From contig CM059432.1 in the NCBI GenBank assembly GCA_030390025.1, forward strand, positions 39,186,001 to 39,250,000: a DNA stretch of 64,000 nucleotides, read 5' to 3'. The notes beneath the pieces are model-generated. The model was not told where the DNA came from and did not search any database. It saw only the letters and a program-made list of their open reading frames with translations. The stretch is from Squalus acanthias (taxonomy: Eukaryota). Of the stretch, positions 27,201-41,282 are shown one piece after another. A program made the translations under genes and the position numbers. The first letter of the stretch is position 1. Each line of letters opens with the position of its first letter.

Positions 27201-27954
27201 ATGACAAATATCTAGATTGGTAAGTGACCTGTTCAGAATTAGAATTACAGTTTGGGTGTTGGAAGACATGATTTTAGAAATGCATGAAAGTAGTTGAGTC
27301 ATTATTTAAATTACGAACTCCTTCATTTTGTATTTGTTTTTATCCCAAACAGTAAACATGAACAGATGTTTCTCAGGAACCTTACTACCAATGAGTCACT
27401 AGTACACTCAAAACATATATTGGAATTGAGGTTTGAGGAAGACATGAACATCTTTTGTGAACCTCAGTTGTGCGCTGTTCTCAGTGTTTGGTTCCCACAT
27501 TTATTTACAGAGATTAATTTGAAAGAGATTAGTCACAAACTGATTGCATAATATTCTATTGTCATCTGCAGTATATAAAACATTGCTAAATAATATGAGT
27601 CAAACTGAAATTTTATGTGGCACATAGGGAATTACAGTAATTTGCCTTCTGCATGAAATCTCGAGTATTCCAAGAATTGAATGCTTTGTGTGATTAGACA
27701 GACCACCTTGTAGAAACATTTTAGGTTTTATATCACTCTCAAACTTGCATCATTATTGTTCCAATGTAAAAGAGTAAGTAAGCAAATGAGTCTGCCAACA
27801 TTAGAGTTGCTGTACAAAATGTTTATACTTCTGCAGAAATTATCAGCAAAGATTTATCTAATAATTTGAAAAGATTTTGAAGCAAATTATCTGGAGTTTT
27901 GAAACCAAGATTGGCAAACTGTGATCATGAAGTACCATATAGCTGCAAAGTGAA

Positions 27955-28177
27955 AAAGAAAAGAAAGACTTGCATTTATACAGCGCCTTTCACGACCACC
28001 GGACGTCTCAAAGCACTTTACAGCCAATGAAGTACTTTTGGAGTGTAGTCACTGTTGTAATGTGGGAAACGCGGCAGCCAATTTGTGAGCAGCAAGCTCC
28101 CACACACAGCACTGTGATAATGACCAGGTAATCTGTTTTTGTTATATTAATTGAGGGATAAATATTGGCCAGGACAA
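27955..28177 (-). mobile_element. DeuSINE 3' half
   Basis: Reverse-strand match to 28830-29043. Confidence 0.85.
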
Positions 28178-28597
28178 GTGTTATGATTACAAGCTTAATC
28201 TCTCATTTTTTCAAACTTCCTATCCCATAGATTTCATGATGAAAAATTTGCACTCCTTTCATATTCCAAAAGTCAAATAATGAAGATCTTTCTTAAGTTT
28301 TCTACAGTTGATTCAACTTCATGGAGTTTCATAAAGACAGACCTAGAAGCCATCACTCTCTCAGTAGGGGAAAGAGAGAATGATAAATAGGCTGTTAAAA
28401 TGGAAAAACTCTCCAAAAGGTGAAGGATCCAGTGAGCACGATTTATACTGTGCTGACGAGAACAGGAAGACTATTCAAATGCAGGTATAGCTTCCACGTG
28501 GCCTCCTCTGAACTACACCATGCAAACTGAAAAATCTATAATAAACTAGGGGATAGATTTTGGCCCAGATCCTATACCTGTGTATCATCCTGTCCTG

Positions 28598-29043
28598 TGT
28601 CAGCTGTGGCTCAGTTGGTAGCACACACTCTCCTCTAAGTCAGAAGGCTGTGGGCTCAAGTCTCAGGGACTTGAGCACATAAAGCTAGGCTGACACTCCA
28701 GTGCAGTACTGAGGGAGTGCTGCATTGTTGGAGGTGCCATCTTTCAGATGCCCCGTCTGCTCTCTCAGGTGGACTTAAAAGATCCCATGGCACTATTTTG
28801 AAGAAGAGCAGGGGAGCTATTCCTGGTGTCCTGGCCAATATTTATCCCTCAACCAACATAACAAAAACAGATTACCTGGTCATTATCACAGTGCTGTTTG
28901 TGGGAGCTTGCTGTGCGCAAATTGGCTGCCGCATTACAACAGTGACTCCACTTCAAATAGTACTTCATTGGCTGTAAAGTGCTTTGAGATGTCCGTTGGT
29001 CATGAAAGGCGCTATATAAATGCAAGTCTTCTTTTTTCTTTTT
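28598..29043 (+). mobile_element. Full-length tRNA-derived Deu-domain SINE (SacSINE1-like)
   Basis: A-box TGGCTCAGTTGG; B-box-like GGGCTCAAGTC; Deu core GGCTGACACTCCAGTGCAGTACTGAGGGAG; L2-like tail GCGCTATATAAATGCAAG. Confidence 0.85.
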
Positions 29044-29271
29044 ATTATATATTGGTACTTTTGGGTGAGGCATCCCAACTCTGCAAATACTGCTCATTCA
29101 CACTAATAACACAACATCTCGGAGCGCTTGTACAGACAGGTGCACAGTACCCCACAGCCGTGTGCGCAGTCTGAAGGAGCCACTTACTGTGCTACTTAAA
29201 GCTGTGCTACTTCATCTATACCACACCATTTTCAGACCTTCATTGTGACCATTTTTGGGTTACATTGGTAG

Positions 29272-29395
29272 GGGTGTGGTAGCCTAGTGGTTATGTTATT
29301 AGATTAGTAATCCAATAGGCCGGGACTAATATGATAAGCAAATGTGAGTTCAAATCCCACCATAGCAGTATGAGAATTTGAATTCAGTTTTTTGT
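29272..29395 (+). mobile_element. tRNA-derived SINE head
   Basis: TAGCCTAGTGG (A-box) and GAGTTCAAATCC (B-box). Confidence 0.55.
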
Positions 29396-29404
29396 TTCTG
29401 CACC

Positions 29405-29620
29405 TGCTGATGTGAGTCCCACATGGTGTGTTGCCTTTCTGGTAAAGGAATCACTAAGAAGGTGCAGAACATTTTGAAGGGGGAAGGGGAACAGCCAGAA
29501 GTCGTGGTCCGTGTGGGAACCAATGACATAGGAAGGAAAAGGGTTGAGGTTCCGCAGTCAGAGTTTCAGGAGCTGGTGAGGAAGTTAAAAGCAGGACCTC
29601 AATGGTAGTAATCTCTGGAT
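29405..29620 (+). pseudogene. CR1 ORF1 fragment (SGNH/GDSL esterase)
   Basis: VCCLSG...QPEVVVRVGTNDIG block III motif. Confidence 0.8.
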
Positions 29621-29843
29621 TTTTTGCTTACTTTTTGTACCTGTGCACTAGCTTTTAGCGAGTGTCTATCCCCATAATATGGTAATGATTACAGTATGCA
29701 GGGTGTAGAAAGGGCAATTTTCCACATTTGTGCTGCCAGCAGAGTATTGCAAATTGAATTTTGGATGTTCAGCATTGATCACTTTATACGCAACCCAGCC
29801 GATTTCCCATCCATTAATTTAAATGAGAGGCAGCGCACACATT

Positions 29844-30840
<997 letters not shown>

Positions 30841-30859
30841 ATTGACTCAATAAATGTAA

Positions 30860-31445
30860 GTGACTCAAAAAACACACAGGAAATTGAAGTTATTGCACCA
30901 TTGGGAAATAGCAACCACAGTATGATCAACTTCAACATGACCTGGGATTCAGAAGTACCATGGACTAAGAGCCTTGTATATAATTTTAAAAGCTAAATTC
31001 AGGAAAACGAGGAAAGAGTTTAAGAAAATTGATTGGTGGGTTGTTCAACAACACTTCAGTAGATGACAAGTGGACAACCTTTAAATTATATTTCTAAGCA
31101 TACAGGATAAATACCTGCCCAGGATTGGCAAGAATAGACTAAACAAGTATGACCCTAAATTAATTAATAAATTATTCAGAAGCAAAATGAGGAATAATAA
31201 ACCATATAAATCCTACAGGGAAAAGGTGAAGGGGTCCCGACCCTGAGATGAATACAACTACCAACAGAAACATGTTGAAAGGGTGGTAAGTGGGTCAAAG
31301 AGAGATCTGGAAAAAGCATAGTTGTAAATGCAAAAATACAACAATGAGGAACTCTTTCACTACTGCAACAGCAAGAGAGTAGTCAGAGAAAAGGTGAGCA
31401 TAAAAGATTCTGATGGAGCTGCAACTGAAGATGATCATAAGATAA
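30860..31445 (+). mobile_element. Old CR1 ORF2 fragment
   Basis: PLGNSNHSMINF (endonuclease SDH region) and tether-like sequence. Confidence 0.55.
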
Positions 31446-31454
31446 TTAACTGAC

Positions 31455-32245
31455 TGATCATCTCCCACAAATAAAGGCCCAAACACCTTCCCCTGACGTT
31501 TCAACGGCACCAACGCTGAGTTACTCCACCAGCAACATCCTGGGGGTCACCATTGACTGGAAGTTTGTCAATAATGTGACTACAAGAATAGGGCAGAGGC
31601 TGGGTACTCTGTAATGAGTGCCTCACTCCTGACCACTCAAAGCCTCTCCACCATCTACAAGGCTCAAGTCAGGGGTGATGGACTACTCACCACTTACCTA
31701 GATTGGTGCAGCTGTAACAAAACTCAATAAGAACACCATCGTGAAATGATCAGTCTGCTTGATTGGTACCCTTGCTATTGGACTCAACATTCACCTTCTC
31801 CACCACTGGAGCACTTTGCTTGAAGTATTCCTACATTACAACAGTGACTCCACTTCAAAAGTACTTCATTGGCTGTAAAGCGCTTTGAGACATCCAGTGG
31901 TCATGAAAGATGCTATATAAATGCAAGACTTTCTTTTATGTATTATTTATAGGATTCACTGCAGCAACTCACCAAGCTTACTTCAACAGCACCTCCCAGC
32001 CCCGCAACTTCTACCACTAAGAAGGGCAAAAGAAGCAACATCTTGGGAACACCATCACCTCAAGTTCCTTGCCAAGTCACATGCATTCATGATGAACATA
32101 TATCACCATTCCTTCATCATTACTGTGTCAAAATCATGAAATTTCCTACCTGGCATCATTGTGGAGCACCATTAGCACAAGGACCACAGCAGTTTAAAGA
32201 AAAGCCCACCATCATTTTCTCAGGCCCACTGGGGGTAAGCAATAA
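31455..32245 (+). mobile_element. Non-LTR retrotransposon 3' fragment with a DeuSINE tail inserted at 31826-31935
   Basis: ILGVTID and YKAQVR.VMDYSPL motifs; same family as 63255-63810. Confidence 0.65.
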
Positions 32246-34049
32246 AGCTATGACAAATATTATCTCTGTGTGACCTGTTTTAACCCCTTACCTGCTGATT
32301 CTAGCCATAAATAGTCCAAATCAAAAATTGCATACAGACAAAAGGTATGTTTCAATCACACTCACCTTTCATTTTTATGGTAATGAGCTTAAATTTCTGC
32401 CTCCTAGTCACCAACTCATGGATAAATGGAAATAATGGGGGAGAAATTTGTTTAAGCCAGTAAATTTGCCGATGTCACCGGCAACTGGAGTTAACGGCTG
32501 CTAAAAATGGCTGCAACGCTAATGGAGCAAAATTTGTCTGGGGGGATGGAGATTGTTGGCGCAGCATTTACCTGCCGTGCAATGCCATCCTGGTGGCGTT
32601 ACTGGAGGCATCCGAGGTGAAGTTCCTGTCCAAGTGCGGCGTTGAAGCTTCGCACAACCTCTGGAAGCGAGGCTGTGGAGCTCGCAAGGAATTGTGGGCA
32701 ATGAAAAAGTCTGAGAATTAAAGGGGCCATACACATTGAAGCAATACAAATTAAAATTAAGTGAAACAATGCAGTTTTCAGCCGTTTCTGCCTTTTAAAA
32801 AATATTTAACATTAAAAAGAAGTCCCAAATGTGAATATTCAGTTCTTAAAGCTGAATTCCCTTCCTAACCTCAAAAAATGGGAAAAAATGCCTCAGCACT
32901 AACACAAATGGCTCAGCAAGCCAGGGAAGGGGCACCCAGGGTCTTGCACACAGCACTCCAGCTTTGTGCAGGGGATCACTGCTGTAAAAGAGGTCCTCTA
33001 CCCACAGGAGCCAGGAGGCCCTCCAGAAAGAACGATGTGGGACCACATCACCGAGGTCGTCACTGCCAACAGTCTCGCCCCTACCACCTGGCTCAGTGCC
33101 CAAAGAAGATTCATGACCTCAGACCACTGGTCGAGGTCAGTGAATGCAACTTCAAAAGCCGTCTCCTACCAACTGCACCAGTAGCCTCACACACTGCTCA
33201 CTGCATGACCCCCACACCCAACCACTCACCTACCAACAATCTGCACCAATCACGAGGCACATCTCTCATTTCTAGCCTCACCTCACCTCCTTGGAGGAGA
33301 CGGTGCAGGCCATTCTTGGGAGGAGCATGGCCGAGCCCTTGGCCAGCGGCGGGGCTGAAAGGATACAAGGTATCCTCATACGTTATCCTCCGACTGGCAT
33401 GCACCTCATGCTTTTCCGCCCTCCCCTCACCACAACTCCACCCTTGTGCCTTCCTCATTTCACATACCCAAGAAAAGCAGCCTGCCCAGCCAGTGGGTGG
33501 CCAAGAAGAAGGAGAGGAGAGTGAAGAAGAACAAGAAGAAGATGATTGATTTGACACTCAGCCACTAGCGCCTCAATGTCAACCAGCAAGGTCATTTACA
33601 GTGTCCCCCACTGAAAGTCAGCAGCCTTCCACCAGCCATGCTGCAGCCAATGAGGTAGCACTGTGTGACATCAGTAGGATAGGCAAAGGCGCACACAAGA
33701 CAGTCACTAAGAGAATGCATAAGGGCGATGAGTTGATTTCTTGATGTCACATTGGATGGATAGATGTATAAAGTTGGACTGGAAAGTTTGCTTTGTGGTG
33801 GCTTTTATTTCAGCATCGTGCCCAAGAGGACGCTGTGATGGTCAGTAACAGATGGAAGGTAAAGTGTGGGACTAATGTTGAAAGGGGAATTGGGGTTGCA
33901 GTCACTGGACCGCAGGCGGATGATTCCATCTCGGATATACCGGCCATAAAGGCGCTGTCTGGGATGCATCCTTCCATCTGATTCCTCCTCTTCGGCTTCC
34001 TCCTCTGCGGCTTCCTCCTCTTCTGTGTCTTCCTCTTCCCTCTGAAAGC

Positions 34050-35040
34050 GGATGCTGTAAATGTGAAATGACAGCATAAAATGCTGGAAATACTCAGCTG
34101 GTCCGGCAGCATCTTGACCTGAGACATAGGGCTGGATTTTGATACTGGGGACGTGATGGAGGTGGGACTCCCACTTTTTGGGTTGTAGTCCCGCCTCCAT
34201 CGACTTGTGGCCAACCCACTGTATTTTCACTTGATTGACCTTGTTGAGCCCGCCCAGCGGGCTCAGCAGGCCAATTAAGGGCCACCGGCAACAGGTGACG
34301 TCACAGATTGACATTTCATCTGTCAAGAGCTTTTGACAGATAAATATCAGCGTTTGACAGCTCCTTGAAGCTGTCAAACACTGACAATCTGTCTTCTAAC
34401 TTGAGTCCTTCCTCTCAGGCTGAGTTAGAAATCAGTCCAGCACAGAAACAGAGGCTGCAGCTTTTGACAGCTCAACGGCCATTCTGTTTTCTATGCCGGT
34501 GAGATTTCTGACTCCCGAGCCCTGAAGGGCTGACACCTGCAGGAGGAAGTTAAGGTAAGTAAAACTTTTTTCCACACTTTACACTTACCTTACACACTTA
34601 CCTCTGCACACATGCACTCATCACTCACCTGTCCACCGGACATATCGACCCCTCCAACCCCTGCAGACCCACGGTCCGCCTCGCTAACTTGGCATGGTTC
34701 AGACCTGTCGGGAAGCCCACATTCCACACATAAAAATAGGGATTAGGCAAAAAACTGCCTGTTAACTACCTGTTAACATGCAGTTTATTGCCACTAATCC
34801 CCTTCCCGCCTTGGGGAGGCGGGTCCCCGCACAAGTCGGGGACCCGCCTCCAGCGAAACTGGCATGGAGGCGGGTTGGGGGCGGGATGGGTTCGGGACCC
34901 CCGAATCTGCAACTTTAACCCCCCACATGCCTCCAAACCCGCCTCCACGGGTCAATGAAAATTCTGCCCATAAACTCTGTGTTTCTCTCCACAGACGTTG
35001 AGTGACCTGCTGAGTATTTGCAGCATGTTCTGTCTTCTCA
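34050..35040. mobile_element. Penelope-like palindromic repeat, split by a Harbinger MITE
   Basis: ATGCTGGAAATACTCAGC...GCAGCATC on the left; AACTCTGTGTTTCTCTCCACAGAC...GCTGAGTATTT on the right. Confidence 0.65.
34129..34969 (-). mobile_element. Non-autonomous Harbinger (family M)
   Basis: Reverse complement of 1353-2174; TSD ATA. Confidence 0.92.
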
Positions 35041-35529
35041 AAGGCCTTCATTTACCATGCAAGCCCTTGCAAGCATCAAGCAGCACCCCATCACACTTAA
35101 AAAACTTTTCACATCTATTGCAGCAAGTCACCACTTCAATAAAATCAAAAAAAAACAGTCCAAATCCTTAAATTCAAACTTATCTGAATGATGTGTGTGT
35201 CCCTTTAAGAGGCACAGTCATCGTCACTGTCAGCCTGCTTGCATGCCAGGTTGCATGCTTAGGATCCAGCACTGAATTCAGCGCTAGGGTTGACGTTTGC
35301 GCTTGTGACGTTAAGTCAGCATTGCACGCCGATTTATGTCACAGCGCCACCATTTTGTTTGGGATGGTACTGCCAGTTACCGGCAGTGCAAAGGTAAGGA
35401 CGAAAATGGCGGCCGCCGCGGGACCCGCCAGCAGCTGCCTAAAGAGTGTCAGCCATCGTTTTAGCGCCATTTAATGGCGCTACGGAGTGGCGCTAAGGCC
35501 ACGAATTTCTAGCACAATGCTTCCCTATT

Positions 35530-36450
35530 TACCTTAATGAAACATCACTATGAGATCTCTTCTTTCTGTGTTCTAATGAAAAGATGCTAGTTTCTTTAGT
35601 TTCTCCTCATAATTAAAACCTTTCACTCTAATGTCATCTTAGTGAATCTGCTTTGCACCCTCTCATTGGTCTTGACATCCTTCCTAAAACAGTGTGCCCA
35701 AAACTGGACAAAATATTTTAACTGTGGTCTGATCAACAATTGGTTTTTGCACTCTGTGTCCTTAACCCCAAAATTCTGTTGTGGCTCCTCCGATCTCCCA
35801 CTACCTGTGTAGAGCCCCAAGAAAACAGCATAAATAGCTAAAAAAAAACCAGCCATTTATGCCATTTCCCCTGGGGTTCTGCTCACCTCCATAGTTACGG
35901 CATGAGACTGGTAAAACCCAAATGGAATTTTAAGGCTCCTATTATAAAACCTAAGATCCCATATACAACCTTTTCAATTTCTTCTCCCACTTTTAAAGAT
36001 TTGTCTGTCTGAGTCATTAAGTTTCTCTTCTTCTCTACTCCTATTAAAGTTGGACAATTCAGTGCATATTTCTTATTATTATTCTTCCCAAAATGTATCA
36101 CTTCACATTTCATCTGACATTTATCTGCCCAATCTCCTAACCTGTCTATGGCCTCTTGAAATTGCCTACAGTTCTCTTCACGCATGAGCATCATGTTGTC
36201 CCTAAACAACAATAATCAAAGGCGAATTAATAATTTCAATATAAGTGAGATGAATTACATATTACATAGAATTATATAGGATTTACAGCACAGTAACAGG
36301 CCATTCGGCTCAACAGGTCTATGCTGGTGTTTGTGCTCCACACGGGCCTCCTCCCACCTTAATTTAGCTCACCCTATCACCATATCCTTCTATTCCTTTC
36401 TCCCTCATGTACTGATATAACTTTTTCTTAAACACATCTATGCAATTCAT
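35530..36450 (-). mobile_element. Degenerate CR1 fragments (35530-36190 RT C-terminus; 36262-36450 3' end)
   Basis: KCEVIHFGK and YFVQFWA motifs; CR1 3' tail. Confidence 0.7.
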
Positions 36451-39093
36451 TTAAGAAACAGTTGTATGCTGAGGACTCTACGACCTTTCTAGTCAGATGA
36501 GCTAAATAGTCGAATGGCCTGACCCATTGCATCTATGTTGTGATTCTGTGACATTTAGTAACTTGCATGCAAAAATTACTTCTAATTTTTCAGTAACAGC
36601 AACCAAATGAGCTCTGCTACAATCAAATCAACCTGAAGGTTAATTTTTCCCTGGTAAATAAAAATTGCTCTTTAAAGAGTTTCACTGGTGTACACTTATT
36701 TGATCTGCAGCTGAAGCAGGCAGATGCAATACTTTCTTCTGTGCAAATGTTTAAGAAATGTTTACAAACAATGCATTTATGAATTTGTTAAAATTAAGGC
36801 ACAGAAAATGGCTTTTTACTTTGCATTTGAATCTATTATGAAATTTATCTGTAGCAAACAGAGTGAGTGAGATCACTGGCATGTGTGTGCAGGAACAACT
36901 TTTCTAGCTGGGAAATGGAAAAAATTACCCTTTGTAAATTGGCTCATGAGATGACACACAAGGGTTTTCTTCACTTAAACTAAAACAAAAGCATCTGGTA
37001 TAGAGTTAGTATGGAGTTAGAAGCCGCTGTGAAGAGCACTAGTAATTTGAACTGGATGCCAGGCTTGTATTCCAGAAAGCGTAGGCTTTGGGAATTGAAA
37101 AATAAAACTTAGAAATTTATACCATAGGCACAAAAGGAGATTGGCCATGCTGTGGTAAAGCAGCATGTAGCGTGTATGTGCTGACAAAGCACGTGACGGA
37201 TGGATGATTTCTGTAGACTCACAGTAAGTTCATCATGATGAGCCCAAACAAACCTTACTGCTGGCAAGCAACAGGTCAACCATTAACTGCGACTTTTTTC
37301 CTACAGGTATCCACAAAATATACTCGCTGTCTCATGAAGTGACCAAAATCTGGACTTAATACCTAGTACTTATTGGAAAACAGATTTTCAAAAGCTGCTT
37401 TTGTTTTAAACATTGCTCCAAAAGGTGTTGGTAGTTCCTTATCACCAACATTACAGTTAGGGTGAAATCATTTTATCTGAGCCTGGCAAATATTAGAGGG
37501 TTAATTTTCCACTTCATACTCTCAGTGGGGAGCTTTGTTTTAACTGGTCGCAAAATCTTGGGCAGCGCGCACCCGCATTTCCAATATAGCTTCTTAACAG
37601 ATGAGGCTCCCTGCTGGGAATGCAGAGTCGGAAAATGAGCCCATATGTGAGAAGTGCTCAAACTCGATTACCCAGAATAAAATCTAGGCTGTTGTTATTT
37701 TTGGTTCACCATACAATGCCTAACACTTACCCAGGAGCACAAAGCAGAGCACAAATTGTTTAAATTGAGGTTGCCTTACACTGTAGTGGTTATAATTAAA
37801 CTACAACAAATATAAAGGAAAGTTGGCAACGAGAAACTTTGACAATTAAGAAAGTCAATAAGAGTTCATTTAAACTCTCCAGACTATGCAGAAATGAGCA
37901 AAATAATTACTATTCTTGTATTCCCAAACCACAGAATCGTGTTCATTAATCTGCACTTTTCATTTGTCTCAATTTCTTTTTGACTTCAGTTGAAAGTAAG
38001 ATCGGATGGTGTGTTAAACGAGCAGCTGATCTGAGCATGCCAGTTTCCCACTGGGCGAGTTCGGTTAAAATTAACCACTGCTGAGTTTCACAATTCCTAT
38101 GATGACATGAAATATTGAAACACACAGAAGTTTCATTTTGCTCCAAAACAATAGCCTAGAAATGATTGTTGGCGATAGGAGCACACTAATGCTTTTGATG
38201 TTTGTATGACATCCCGCATGTCTGCTCTACTTTAAGGCAGGCATTACCCCATTTATTTTAACTGGATTAAAGCCTCCACTAATACAGCCGGCAGTGGAAT
38301 CATGTGCAAACATGTTAAACGTCTGTCCTCTAATATCCAGCTAATTTAATTGACATGCACAAAAACAATCAATAACTCTCCTTGACGTCATACCGACCAG
38401 GAGGATCACAGGTTTTCTCCTGGACCTGTGCTGTTAGCCAGTCATCTGTGATTTCTAATTCTATAATCTCAACCACAATGATGGTGCCAATTGGGTCCTG
38501 ATTATTCCTAATTGCTCCCCATGAAACCTGATGGAAAGCGACATGTAAGGATGCCAAATGTGGACAACATTGGGCTCATAACCCCCTATTTAGTTGAATA
38601 GCTTGGAAATACTCGTCTGAAAATTCCTTGTGGGTTCTGTGGTGGGAGACTGGCAGAACATCCAGAGAAATGACATTAATGGCTATAAATGGCCATTAAC
38701 ACAGTTTCTCTGAGGTTTCTGCTGTAGTTACAACAAGAGACTGGGGGAACTCACTGGAATTTCAAGGCCATTCTGTCCATACTAAAGAATAGCTACTTGG
38801 ATAATGTGTAGGGGGATTTCTGCCACCCGTGGAACTTTTCTGTCAATAGTAAAGGAAACAAAGTTCCCAAGACTGTTCCCACTGACCTGAAAGTTTCTTG
38901 TATGATTGATGGCTGCAGCGCTGAATTTAGATGGATGCACAGTAACAGTACATTTCTTTCGCTCTTTGCTGCCAGAAATGGAATGAACTCACTGTGATTT
39001 GAACAGAATATTTTGAAAGGAAATACAGATGAAAACAAAGAATTTTTGAAGCCATAAACACATGTGCTTTCCAACTAAGCTAACAGAGTCCAT

Positions 39094-39227
39094 TGGCGGA
39101 ACTTTCAACTTCGCTGGAGGTGTAAAACAGGCAGCAGCGGATTGACCCAAGAGTTCAATGGAAAGGAAAATTGCTCCAATTCACCGCCGCCATGTTTGTG
39201 GCCCAGCTGAAGATGAAAGTCCCGCCC
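39094..39227. mobile_element. 134-bp Harbinger-type MITE
   Basis: TIR TGGCGGAACTTTCA / TGAAAGTCCCGCCC; TSD CAT. Confidence 0.65.
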
Positions 39228-39324
39228 CATGTGTGATTGATTCAATACTAAGCTTGCATTTTTTTAAAACTGTATCCTGCTTTGCGTTACTTTATTGGCT
39301 ATTAAGTAATTTAAAGTGTCACAT

Positions 39325-39930
39325 TTGGCGAACTGGCAGCACACTTGCCTCTGAGTCAGAATGTTGTGGATTCAAGCCCCACTCAGGTATTTGAGTACGT
39401 AATCTAGGCTGACACATTGGCTGAGCGGCAGGAGACAGGCAGTAGGGATAATGGGTAGGTACTCAAATTGGCAGGATGTGACTAGTGGTGTCCCGCAGGG
39501 ATCTGTGTTGGGGCCTCAACTACTCTCACAATATTTATTAACGACTTAGATGATGGCTTAGAAAGTCATGTATCCAATGACACAAAGGTAGGTGGCATTG
39601 TAGGCAGTATAGATGAAAGCATAAAATTTCAAAGGGATATCGACAGATTAAGTGAATGAGCAAAACTGTGGCAAATGGATTTCAATGTAGGCAAATGTGA
39701 GGTCATCCACTGGGAGAGTTCTGTGCTGTTGGGAGGTGCTATCTTTCAGATGGAGATGTTAAACTGAGGCCTGTCTGCCCTGTATAAAAAAATCCTGTGG
39801 CACTATTGGAAGAAGAGCAGTGGAGGTGTGCTGGTCAATATTTATTCCCTCAACCTACACCAGAAAAAAAAATTATCTGGTCATTATCTTTTGTTGTTTA
39901 TGGGTCCTTACTGTGTGCAGATTGGCTGCC
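39325..39930 (+). mobile_element. DeuSINE interrupted by a CR1 internal fragment
   Basis: tRNA head to TAGGCTGACAC; resumes at GGGAG...GGAGGTGCTATCTTTCAGATG. Confidence 0.75.
39416..39711 (+). mobile_element. CR1 RT internal fragment with no 3' tail
   Basis: [18 protein letters not shown] to KCEVIH; same subfamily as 18283-18790. Confidence 0.85.
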
Positions 39931-40370
39931 AGGATAAGAACATAAGATCTTAAGAATTAGGAGCAGGAGTAGGCCATACGGCCCCTCGAGCTTGCTCTGC
40001 CATTCAGTAAGATCATGGCTGATCTTTGACCTCAACTCGAATTTCCCGCCAGATCCCCATATCCCTTGATTCCCCATGAGTCCAAAAATCTATCTCAGCC
40101 TTGAATATACTCAATGATTCAGCATCCACAGCCCTTTGAGGTAGAGAATTCCAAAGATTCACAACCCTCTGCGTAAAGAATCTCAGTCTTAAATGGCTGA
40201 CCCCTTATCCTGATACTATGCTGCCTAGTTCTAAACTCTCCAGCCAGGGGAAACAACCTCTCAGCATCTACCCTGTCAAAAAACCTCAGAATCTTATATG
40301 TTTCAATGAGATCACCTCTCATTCTTCTAAACTACAGAGAGTATAGGCCCATTCTACTCATAGAGTCATA

Positions 40371-41263
40371 GGGGGAAAAATTCAGTTGGTTGCGCCTCCC
40401 GTTAGCGCCTTAAGAGGGCGCTAATGGGGCACAAATCATCTAGCGCCCAGGCGCAGCGATGTTTGTGCCGCTCGCGAAATTAACTAGACACTTTGCGGCG
40501 GTGCTAAACACTACCGCCACGATCTCCTACGCCGGCAGATTGTGACATCAGTCGAGTGCGCAACGCCCCGGTATCGCCCCGGAGCGGATATTGAGTGGCG
40601 CCCCCTGCCTTACCACCTGACGCTAGCAATGACATGTTGAGGGAAGCGTTTTGCAGTCATGAAGGGACTGGGAGAGTGCCATTTAAAGGCGACCGCTTCC
40701 TGCCTTTTATTGTTGGTGCCATTTTTGAAACACGCATTCTGAGAGAGAGGGAGAGAGTCATCTGGAGAGATTCAACACTGTGTGAAGGAGTTTTTGGTAC
40801 TGAGCAGCACTTTGCAGGTTCATTTTGATTTGCCATTCCTTGTATCGATTTAGAAGGGTCTGTGGGGGCTGCACTCTGAGCTCTTTCCCTGGTACTCTCC
40901 ATTGTTCTTTCCAGCAGATTTGATGTGCAGGTCTCTCCAGGCCACGATTCAAGGCTGCAATGCGCAGGATGTGGATGGAAAGCAAGATCAACCATCTCCT
41001 TTAAGAACTGGCCCGTGCCATTGTGTGGGTGTTCCGTTGCTGACTGACATCACATGAGCTTCGCCAGCGCTCTGAGGTAGCGCCTCGCTCCTCGGCCTTT
41101 GCACCTTAAGACAGGTGTGAAGCGCCTGATTTAGCGCTCCAATCACCTCCCGGGGCGATAAAAGTCAAGTTTGCAGTCGGTGGCGATAACTAGCGCCAGG
41201 CGCTAATCTTTGCACCCGGCCGATAATTGTGCCCCAAATGGGGTGATACTGAATTTCTCCCCC
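40371..41263. mobile_element. Non-autonomous Harbinger (GC-rich family)
   Basis: 16-bp TIR GGGGGA(A/G)AAATTCAGT; TSD ATA; Myb-like start MESTRERA on minus. Confidence 0.9.
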
Positions 41264-41282
41264 ATAGAGTCATAGAGTGATA

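Larger units (their letters stand above)
32437..35515. mobile_element. Harbinger element (second family) with Myb remnant (+) and transposase C-terminus (-)
   Basis: Ends GGGGGAGAAATTT / GAATTTCTAGCAC; TSD AAT; MAQQAREGAPR at 32907; acidic tail then GRYIRDGIIRLR at 33905-34045 on minus. Confidence 0.75.

Noticed and set aside
27300..27950. Possible hAT transposase relic (VETFLGFISL)
   Set aside because: Only one short motif, and no TIR or TSD found.
28598..28670. tRNA gene
   Set aside because: No proper cloverleaf; it is the tRNA-derived head of a SINE.
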